Below, piece by piece: positions 34,021 to 39,848 of a DNA stretch of 39,848 nucleotides; within the stretch, counting starts at the first letter, position 1; every line of letters begins with the position of its first letter. Source of the stretch: a virus; IMG/VR virus record IMGVR_UViG_3300035365_000038, positions 1 through 39,848 of that record. One strand, 5' to 3'. A program made the position numbers and the translations under genes. The notes beneath the pieces were generated by a model. That model searched no databases and was not told the DNA's origin. It saw only the letters and a program-made list of their open reading frames with translations.

Positions 34021-34123
34021 CAGTGAACAATCGACCGCTACCGATTGAAAGAAATATGCTAATATTAGCTTTTAAGCCCATTATGGATGCGTAGCGGCTC
34101 CATTTTGGGCTTTATTTTTTATT
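34021..34123 (+). promoter_or_regulatory. structured 5' leader with a terminator-like hairpin and a competing upstream pairing
   Basis: AAGCCCA..ATGGA-(11 nt)-TCCAT...TGGGCTT (34074-34112) followed by TATTTTTTATT. CCGCTAC (34035-34041) can pair with GTAGCGG (34091-34097) in the hairpin loop. A 12-bp palindrome GCTAATATTAGC lies at 34058-34069. Confidence 0.4.
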
Positions 34124-34936
34124 ATGAGTACAAGAAGTTATCTAATATTGGATCTGGTTAGATCAAAGGTTTTAGATCTTAATCCCACAGAAAGCATACT
34201 TGCATCATGTTTTTATGGATTGCTAGCGCAAAATCCTATGACATACAACGGAATGAATTATTACAGATGCGATTACAAGAATATATCTTGTTATTGTTCT
34301 ATTCTACCGGATAAAGTTGATACGTTGAGAAGGCTTTACAAGCGACTGGAGAATATAGGATTGATAACCACAATTAAGATCGATAATCATATATTTTTCA
34401 CTCCATCGGAAATGCTACGGGAATGGGGTGCAAATTATGAATCCGCAGAAGCGGAAAAAAATCCGCTAAATGCGGAAAAAAATCCGCACCCACCTTATTA
34501 TAATAATATAAATAATTATAATCAAGGATTAGAAAAAGAGAAAAAAGAAGAAAAAGAAACTTTTTCTTTGGGTCGTTCCCTGGGTTTAGATCCTAAAGCT
34601 ATAAGCGTAGATAGCCGGGTGTTTTCTAGGATTGATAAATTGTTATCTGATATTGTTTTCCCTTTTGAGGATGATGAATTTAAAAGGAAGTTTTTTATTT
34701 TGTGCTGTATGCCAAAATGGAGAAATAAAACAGTTCATGCTATCCAGATGCAACTGAAAAAAATTCAGGAATACGATATAAGGTATGTTATTGAACTGAT
34801 TGATAACTCAATTATGAACGAATGGCAAGGGCTTGTATACTCTGATACGGAAAAGAGGTACAAAGAGTGGCTGAAAAAATCAAGATTCAGCGGAAATGAT
34901 GAAATGAAAGATGCACTAGAATATCTGAACTTATGA
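34124..34936 (+). CDS. putative replication initiator/organiser (N-terminal winged helix, low-complexity linker, C-terminal domain)
   Basis: ...DKVDTLRRLYKRLENIGLITTIKID... looks like a wHTH. The linker coding region carries an iteron array. First gene of the replication operon. Confidence 0.55.
   Translation: MSTRSYLILDLVRSKVLDLNPTESILASCFYGLLAQNPMTYNGMNYYRCDYKNISCYCSILPDKVDTLRRLYKRLENIGLITTIKIDNHIFFTPSEMLREWGANYESAEAEKNPLNAEKNPHPPYYNNINNYNQGLEKEKKEEKETFSLGRSLGLDPKAISVDSRVFSRIDKLLSDIVFPFEDDEFKRKFFILCCMPKWRNKTVHAIQMQLKKIQEYDIRYVIELIDNSIMNEWQGLVYSDTEKRYKEWLKKSRFSGNDEMKDALEYLNL
34441..34530. repeat. ori-like iteron array followed by an AT-rich stretch inside the initiator gene
   Basis: TCCGC-agaa-GCGGAAAAAAATCCGC-taaat-GCGGAAAAAAATCCGC. 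The identical 16-mers at 34451-34466 and 34472-34487 have a 21-bp period. Then CCTTATTATAATAATATAAATAATTATAATCAAGG. Confidence 0.55.
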
Positions 34937-35823
34937 GAACAAAAAATAGCTTAATCAAAAAAGAGAATGTGGTATGCTTGCCAGGGCAAATGATGGCGGT
35001 AGATGTCCGGAAAGATATGTTAAATATGCCGGTGGTAATGGATTCGCTTACATACGCTGAAAAGATGGTATTTTTCGCTTCCACGAAGCTATCAATATCA
35101 GAACTGGAAGAAAAAGAGTTATGCGAAAAGGTAAGTAATCTTGCTAAGTTTGTGGCAAAGGATGCAGGAATCAGACAGGTAGAACCTTATGATGTAGCAA
35201 GATTCCTGGATATTCTAAGAAGGTATTACAATACATTGTCAATCGCACAAATAAAACTCGCGTTTGAAATGGCAATGGCCGGAGAGTTGGACGAATATCT
35301 ACCCAGGGATAAGGATGGAAATCCAGATAATAATCATTATCAATCTTTTTCGGTTGAATACGTGACAAAGGTCCTGAATGCGTTCAAAAAGAAAAATCGT
35401 GAAGTTGAAATTAAGGCATACGATATGATGCCGAAGCACCAGGAACCAAAAGAAGAACAAAAAGAGTACTTCATGCAATTTTCAAAGAATCAGGCGATCT
35501 ATACTTATCTGCAATATAAATACACAGGGAAATTAGATTCATTGATAGGCGAGAATGTAATATATCAAGAACTTGAAAGGCTAGATCTGGCCATTCCGGT
35601 AAGAATAACAGAGAAAGATCGTAAGGCGGCCATGCACAAGTTACTAAGAAAAGCGCAAAGCGGACTGATTAAACCTTTTGTGGCGGAATGTATCAGACGA
35701 TCGGGAACAAAGCATGATACGGTAAATGATTCAGCGTATTTTATTGCTCGATACCGCGCGATCTGCGAAAGCCTGGATATTATAATCAAAGAAGAAATTC
35801 AGCTAATAGAATTGATAAAATGA
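34933..35823 (+). CDS. hypothetical replication-module protein (296 aa)
   Basis: ATGA-coupled to the initiator. No NTPase motif seen. Confidence 0.6.
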   Translation: MRTKNSLIKKENVVCLPGQMMAVDVRKDMLNMPVVMDSLTYAEKMVFFASTKLSISELEEKELCEKVSNLAKFVAKDAGIRQVEPYDVARFLDILRRYYNTLSIAQIKLAFEMAMAGELDEYLPRDKDGNPDNNHYQSFSVEYVTKVLNAFKKKNREVEIKAYDMMPKHQEPKEEQKEYFMQFSKNQAIYTYLQYKYTGKLDSLIGENVIYQELERLDLAIPVRITEKDRKAAMHKLLRKAQSGLIKPFVAECIRRSGTKHDTVNDSAYFIARYRAICESLDIIIKEEIQLIELIK

Positions 35824-35894
35824 GAAAGATCAAAGAATTTATAAAATCAATAAAAGCATCATGGACTGAAATAGACCTGATGTACTGGAATTAA
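35820..35894 (+). CDS. possible 24-aa micro-ORF, doubtful
   Basis: ATGA overlap with the upstream stop. It ends 2 nt before the next ATG. MRKIKEFIKSIKASWTEIDLMYWN. Confidence 0.25.
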   Translation: MRKIKEFIKSIKASWTEIDLMYWN

Positions 35895-35896
35895 GT

Positions 35897-36094
35897 ATGG
35901 CTGCATATAATATTAACAACAGATGCGAGGATTGCACATTTGCAGACGTATACGGGAGAAATTGTAAACATGGCCTTTTATACCCGGTTTTGGTCCTGAT
36001 GAAATACGGCGACGTTTACAATTGCCCCAATTTTGAGAAAAAGACAGCAGAACAGATCAAAGAACAAATCAGATTAAGGGAGGAAAGAAAATGA
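35897..36094 (+). CDS. small Cys-containing protein (65 aa)
   Basis: CEDC...C...C arrangement. ATGA overlap downstream. Confidence 0.55.
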   Translation: MAAYNINNRCEDCTFADVYGRNCKHGLLYPVLVLMKYGDVYNCPNFEKKTAEQIKEQIRLREERK

Positions 36095-36384
36095 AAAATA
36101 AGAAAATTGCGGCCCAAAAATACAGCACAGAGAACCAAGTTTCGCGGGGTATGGCAACAGAATTAGAGGCGGCGTTTGTAGCTGGCGCAGATTGGAGAAT
36201 AAATAGCGTTTGGAATGATGCAAGTGAAAAGCCTAAATATTATAAACTATTGGTTGCATTAGATAATAACAACAGACCGTGGGTTATGGGGCCTGACAAC
36301 AAAGATTGGAAAAATACCGTAGCAATATTTTGCGTCAAAAAATGGGCGTATATTGAGGACTTAATACCGAGTAAGGAGGAATAA
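36091..36384 (+). CDS. DUF551-like small protein, paralogue of 2183-2449
   Basis: AFVAGADWRINSVW...KKWAYIEDLIPSKEE. Confidence 0.6.
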   Translation: MKNKKIAAQKYSTENQVSRGMATELEAAFVAGADWRINSVWNDASEKPKYYKLLVALDNNNRPWVMGPDNKDWKNTVAIFCVKKWAYIEDLIPSKEE

Positions 36385-36386
36385 AA

Positions 36387-36767
36387 ATGCAGACATTTGA
36401 AATTACGTTTGGCGGTCATAAATGGGAAAAACAAAACCTTATGACTTTAGGAAAAAAAAGATTATATGATTTGTATAAATGTAGCTGTTGCGGAATACAA
36501 GGTAAATCATATAGATTTGGAACAATTACCATAAAGGAAGCAGATATTAAGAAAATGCTAAAATGTAAAAGTAAGGGTAAACACAAGCGACTAAAAGTTA
36601 CTTTCTGCAGAGCGTGTGGATCTGAATTTTCAAATTTGATTCCGGGTAGCATACATGAAATTATAAATCCACCTGAAGGATATGATAATTCAAAAGGGGA
36701 ATGGGTTCAAGGTTTAACAGAACCAGTATTACTATTAAGCGGTGAATATACTTATATGGAGGACTAA
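36387..36767 (+). CDS. zinc-ribbon protein (126 aa)
   Basis: CSCCG...(about 40 aa)...CRACG. Confidence 0.55.
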   Translation: MQTFEITFGGHKWEKQNLMTLGKKRLYDLYKCSCCGIQGKSYRFGTITIKEADIKKMLKCKSKGKHKRLKVTFCRACGSEFSNLIPGSIHEIINPPEGYDNSKGEWVQGLTEPVLLLSGEYTYMED

Positions 36768-36769
36768 AT

Positions 36770-37309
36770 ATGAAAAATTATGATTGTATCATAGGCATAG
36801 ATCCAGGATCTAACGGAGGTATAGCGATCTGGCGCCAGGGTTCGCCGATAAAAACCGTAAAGATGCCGAAATCATTGATTGATATAAGAGATTTATTCCA
36901 ATACATAAAAGGCATAACTTTAGCACCGATTGTATTCATTGAAAAGGTACAATTAAGATCGGACGATATTAGTGACAATCCAGGCAAGGCGTTCAGGATT
37001 CAGCAGCTTTTGATGTCATATCAACAGTTGAAAGATTATATAGCAGTAGAAGACATACCATACGTGCAAGTGCATCCGATGTCATGGCAAAGTTACCTTA
37101 AACTTCGGAAGCAGAAAGAAGATAAGACAGAGCGAAAAAACAGATACAAGGAAGCAGCCGGATATTATTATCCAGGAACTAAACCTACACTCTGGAATGC
37201 AGATGCGCTTCTGATCATGCACTTCGGGAGGCTGAAATGTAGGAATGAACCGCAATGGGTACAAGACAATCTTCCCAGATACCAAAAAAAGACGGAATTC
37301 AAGTTTTAA
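36770..37309 (+). CDS. RuvC-like Holliday junction resolvase
   Basis: N-terminal CIIGIDPGSNGGIAIW carries the catalytic Asp motif, with a later acidic FIEKV. Size is typical of phage RuvC-like resolvases. Confidence 0.75.
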   Translation: MKNYDCIIGIDPGSNGGIAIWRQGSPIKTVKMPKSLIDIRDLFQYIKGITLAPIVFIEKVQLRSDDISDNPGKAFRIQQLLMSYQQLKDYIAVEDIPYVQVHPMSWQSYLKLRKQKEDKTERKNRYKEAAGYYYPGTKPTLWNADALLIMHFGRLKCRNEPQWVQDNLPRYQKKTEFKF

Positions 37310-37325
37310 CGCGAAATTAGGCCGT

Positions 37326-37568
37326 ATGAGGACTTTAAAATGTCAAACCGATGAAGAATACCAAAAACAAAAGAAAATGGCAGAGAATGAAAATTTAAAA
37401 GAAATAACACTACAATCATTTGCGGAGAAGGTTAAAAAAATGCGCCATCTGCAGAAGCGTTATTTTGCTACTAGGAATCAAAGCATATTGGCAGAGAGCA
37501 AGAAAATGGAAGTACAGGTAGATAAGGATCTGGAATCTATATTCAATGTTCAGCAGTATTTATTCTAG
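37326..37568 (+). CDS. hypothetical protein (80 aa from the ATG at 37326)
   Basis: The track start at 37245 overlaps the resolvase by 65 nt. ATGs at 37326 or 37377 are more plausible. Confidence 0.5.
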   Translation: MRTLKCQTDEEYQKQKKMAENENLKEITLQSFAEKVKKMRHLQKRYFATRNQSILAESKKMEVQVDKDLESIFNVQQYLF

Positions 37569-37572
37569 AATG

Positions 37573-37600
37573 ATCCCGGACGAAAATCCGGGATTTTTTT
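37573..37600 (+). terminator. intrinsic terminator
   Basis: ATCCCGGA-cgaaaa-TCCGGGAT running into T7. Confidence 0.75.
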
Positions 37601-37620
37601 ATCAAAAAAACGGGAAAAAT

Positions 37621-37651
37621 TTTGTGGAATTAAAATAATTCTTTAAATTTG
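37621..37651 (+). promoter_or_regulatory. early promoter P3
   Basis: TTTG-TGGAATTAAAATAATTCTT-TAAATTTG with a 19-nt spacer. Confidence 0.65.
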
Positions 37652-37720
37652 CGACAACAAACAAGGGAAATGATTCTCAGCCGACCAGACGGGTATCTGG
37701 TACCAAAATAATAAAAAGAT

Positions 37721-37984
37721 ATGGAAGCTAAAAAATTAATCGAATTCGTAAGAAATAATGATTTTATGTATGCAAATGGCGCAGGCGCCATGTTTGCAAC
37801 TGATGATGAAACAAGAGAATATATAGCCAAAGAAATTGAGCGCGCATATAAAATCCGAGAATTGAATCAGGAAGAAGTAGAGGAAGAATATTCTGAATTC
37901 ATCGGCGAAATAGAAAACGGATGCACAATCTGCGAGGCAATAATCTGGAATGAATCACAAATTTGCGTAGCATATTACGAATAA
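37721..37984 (+). CDS. hypothetical acidic protein (87 aa)
   Basis: First ORF after P3. Confidence 0.6.
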   Translation: MEAKKLIEFVRNNDFMYANGAGAMFATDDETREYIAKEIERAYKIRELNQEEVEEEYSEFIGEIENGCTICEAIIWNESQICVAYYE

Positions 37985-38024
37985 GGGTCCTTTGGGTAGG
38001 ACTAGCCCACGGCGGTGGGCGCAT

Positions 38025-38175
38025 GGTATCGTGACGGAACAGGAAAGACGTCGCATGAAAACTAAGGGACTTTTACTCCCGAAACCGAAGGTAAACGTAA
38101 AGTCGTATTGTAGGTTTCAAAAGCTCATGTAGTGTGGCTATAGACGCAATGCAGGTTCGAATCCTGCCGATACCA
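38025..38175 (+). ncRNA. tRNA-like structured RNA (acceptor stem plus canonical T arm with a large internal insert); not a canonical tRNA
   Basis: GGTATCG (38025-38031) pairs with CGATACC (38168-38174). The T arm GCAGG-TTCGAAT-CCTGC (38151-38167) abuts the 3' acceptor strand, and the discriminator is A38175. No ORF lies in 37985-38218. Confidence 0.45.
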
Positions 38176-38187
38176 CATTATTAACCA

Positions 38188-38218
38188 GCCTGGGGAACCA
38201 GGCATAAACCTAAAGAAT
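38188..38218 (+). promoter_or_regulatory. intercistronic hairpin cassette, copy c
   Basis: TAACCA-GCCTGG-ggaa-CCAGGC-ATAAACCTAAAGAAT-ATG. Confidence 0.5.
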
Positions 38219-39622
38219 ATGTATATTAAGCAAATTGAATTAAAGAACTTCCAAACTATTAAGGAGTTCAGCGGTAATTTTGAAGGTAATGTATACCTTA
38301 TTACAGGCGAAAATGAATTGGGCAAAAGTACACTACTTAAAGCTATAGCCGCGCTTTTAACCGGGAGCCGTGATGAAGTACTAAGGATCGGAGAAGAAAA
38401 AGGCTTCGCGAAAATTGTAGTAGGCGGAGACGGGAAAGAATACGAAGTAGAGCTTCGAATGACGAAGGCAAACCCGCGCGGAACTTTGACTATTAAGAGC
38501 AAAGATACCGGGATGCGTTCCGACCGTCTGACCGTATTACAAGAAATTTTCGGGTACCAGGATTTCGACGCGAATGAGTTCGTTTCCTGGAGCGAAACGG
38601 CGGAGGGGCGCCGGAAACAAGTACAGATAGTAAAATCACTGTTACCGGACGAAGTACAAAAGAGAATAGCAGAAATAGACGCAGAAGTAGTAAGTATTAA
38701 GGAGGCCCGGAAAGATGATAACGCAGAACTTAAGGCATGCAATACAATACTAGCGAAATGCGAAAAAGAGATAAGCCCGGAGGACCTGGAGAAATATGCG
38801 AAGCCTTTAGAAATGAAGGATCTTTTAGAAGAGCAACAGAAGGCCAACGCCCTAGAGGCTAAAGCGGCCGGGGTAAGGGAGAAGCTAAAGCAGCGAGAAG
38901 ACACTATTAAGGCTGTAGCCGGGAAAACAGAGCAGGCAGAAGCAAGAATTAAGGAAGCCCGGGAGAGCTACCAGCGTAAAGTGGACCAGGCAAAGACAAT
39001 TTTAGAGGAAACATTGAAATCTTTATCCGAAGAGCTACAGGAGAAGGAAAAAATATATAGCCAGGAACTGGAGGCTATACAGGCAGAGGAAAAGGACGCA
39101 ATAACCCGCCGCGACAACTGTATAAAATGGCTTAAGGAATATGAAGACAACAGGCCCCAGGATATAAGCCAGCAGATAGCGGATATACAACACCACAACG
39201 AAATGAACGCCAAAGTAAAAGACTACCAGCAGGCAAAAGATAATTATAATGAGGCAAAGCAAAAAGTAGCCGCGCACGAAAAGAAATTATTAGACCTGGC
39301 AGACGAACGCGAAAAACTTGTAAAAGGGGCTAAGTTACCTATACAGGGCCTTAACTTTAGCGAAGACGGCCTGGAGCTTAACGGCGTACAATTCGTAGCA
39401 GGAAAAGTTTCGGATTCGCAAATAATGGAAGTAGCCGCGAAGCTTATAATAGCCAAAAACCCAACAGTTAAGGTTTTCCGAATTGCACGCGGCGAGAGCC
39501 TAGGCAAAAAGAAGCTTGAAGCGCTTATAGAATTGGCACGCAAAAACGGCTACCAGGGCTTTATAGAGCAAGTAGTGCGCGAGCAAAACGAGTTAAGAAT
39601 TGAAGAGTATAACGAAAAATAA
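38219..39622 (+). CDS. SMC/Rad50/SbcC-like coiled-coil ATPase
   Basis: N-terminal IELKNFQTI...ITGENELGKSTLLKAI (Walker A), about 250 aa of K/E/Q coiled coil, and a C-terminal globular lobe. Confidence 0.8.
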   Translation: MYIKQIELKNFQTIKEFSGNFEGNVYLITGENELGKSTLLKAIAALLTGSRDEVLRIGEEKGFAKIVVGGDGKEYEVELRMTKANPRGTLTIKSKDTGMRSDRLTVLQEIFGYQDFDANEFVSWSETAEGRRKQVQIVKSLLPDEVQKRIAEIDAEVVSIKEARKDDNAELKACNTILAKCEKEISPEDLEKYAKPLEMKDLLEEQQKANALEAKAAGVREKLKQREDTIKAVAGKTEQAEARIKEARESYQRKVDQAKTILEETLKSLSEELQEKEKIYSQELEAIQAEEKDAITRRDNCIKWLKEYEDNRPQDISQQIADIQHHNEMNAKVKDYQQAKDNYNEAKQKVAAHEKKLLDLADEREKLVKGAKLPIQGLNFSEDGLELNGVQFVAGKVSDSQIMEVAAKLIIAKNPTVKVFRIARGESLGKKKLEALIELARKNGYQGFIEQVVREQNELRIEEYNEK

Positions 39623-39626
39623 ACAG

Positions 39627-39653
39627 CCGGGCAGAAATGCCCGGATCTTTCTT
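39627..39653 (+). promoter_or_regulatory. intercistronic hairpin cassette, copy d (divergent 3' flank)
   Basis: TAAACAG-CCGGGCA-gaaa-TGCCCGG-ATCTTTCTT-ATG. Confidence 0.45.
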
Positions 39654-39818
39654 ATGACGGACAAAGACAAAAATTTGATATACCAGGCAAAGAGATTGCC
39701 GTATACATTATGGCCACAGATAGACGCCTTTATAGAAGACGCAGATACCCCGGAGGCCAAAGAGAAACTAACAAACATACAAAAGAGAAAATACCATTAT
39801 GAAGAAGCAAGACCATAA
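39654..39818 (+). CDS. hypothetical protein (54 aa from the ATG at 39654)
   Basis: The track start at 39600 overlaps the ATPase end and the hairpin. The 3' part of the gene is duplicated at 1-69 by the terminal repeat. Confidence 0.5.
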   Translation: MTDKDKNLIYQAKRLPYTLWPQIDAFIEDADTPEAKEKLTNIQKRKYHYEEARP

Positions 39819-39848
39819 AGAAACCATAAAGAAAGCTTTATTCTTTAC
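39750..39848. repeat. Right copy of the 99-bp terminal direct repeat
   Basis: Identical to 1-99. It includes the start of the 50-430 gene (ATG at 39799). Confidence 0.95.

Noticed and set aside
34451-34487. CRISPR-like or tandem repeat array
   Set aside because: There are only two 16-nt copies with a 5-nt spacer inside a CDS. Each copy is a palindrome with an A-tract. This fits initiator iterons, not CRISPR repeats. No other repeat-spacer structure occurs in the window.
38151-38177. Canonical tRNA gene, or an attP core copying a host tRNA 3' end
   Set aside because: The T arm and 3' acceptor strand are perfect. However, no 5' acceptor strand, D arm or anticodon arm lies within normal tRNA distance. 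The only complementary GGTATCG is 136 nt upstream. The genome has no integrase, so I do not favour a pure attP explanation. I report the element as a tRNA-like structured RNA instead.
38125-38904. 259-aa ORF on the minus strand
   Set aside because: It lies antisense to the K/E-rich coiled-coil ATPase gene. Its S/F/L/A-rich low-complexity translation is the usual mirror artefact of GAA/AAG-rich coding sequence. No other minus-strand gene exists.
1-39848. Integrase, excisionase, transposase, reverse transcriptase (DGR or retron), toxin-antitoxin pair or CRISPR-Cas components
   Set aside because: I read all ORFs of at least 60 aa and the larger gaps. None shows recombinase (R..H..R..Y or the serine-recombinase N-terminus), DDE, RT (YxDD) or Cas motifs. 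No template/variable repeat pair was seen around the fibre gene.

Overview
The window is one complete, circularly closed tailed dsDNA phage genome. Bases 1-99 are identical to 39750-39848, giving a 39,749-bp unit. Every credible gene lies on the + strand, about 70 CDS, most with ATGA or 4-20 nt overlaps. I found no canonical tRNA or rRNA, no CRISPR array, no integrase, no transposase and no reverse transcriptase. Nine promoters of the form TTTG-N18-20-TAnnTTTG fit the described Bacteroides sigma-A consensus, so the host is most likely a member of the Bacteroidota.

Modules in map order:
- 37621 -> wrap -> 4933: early recombination and replication-accessory operon. It holds an SMC/Rad50-like ATPase, an HNH-like protein, an SSB-like protein with a DDLPF tail, and an ASCH protein.
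- 4964-8479: accessory operon with its own promoter. It holds a DUF2829 (Tad2-family) protein, a ParB-like/DPPY methyltransferase, an HTH protein and a MazG-like protein.
- 8537-17985: TerS, TerL, tail proteins, tape measure and a Mor-like regulator.
- 18078-26537: ClpP-like protease/scaffold, major capsid, putative portal, tail fibre, a PLC-like phosphodiesterase and a small membrane protein.
- 26573-28809: an unknown protein, then holin, amidase and a spanin-like protein.
- 29012-31369: early orphan genes and a DUF932 protein.
- 31492-34007: XRE/Cro-like protein, PD-(D/E)XK exonuclease and a Gp3-like protein.
- 33989-37568: replication initiator with an internal ori-like iteron array, and a RuvC-like resolvase.

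Most noteworthy observations:
1. A tRNA-like acceptor/T-arm module whose two acceptor strands are 136 nt apart, inside a 234-nt untranslated gap (38025-38175).
2. A 218-codon ParB-like reading frame with no ATG, GTG or TTG start. It follows, in the same frame, the TAA stop of the Tad2-like gene.
3. A promoter-plus-terminator unit that should give a small RNA of about 70 nt (31373-31481).
4. Five paralogous GC-hairpin/ATAAACC intercistronic cassettes.
5. A lambda-like ori inside the initiator gene.
6. Two clearly different codon-usage regimes across the modules.

All functional calls rest on motifs I recognised by eye. No database search was run.
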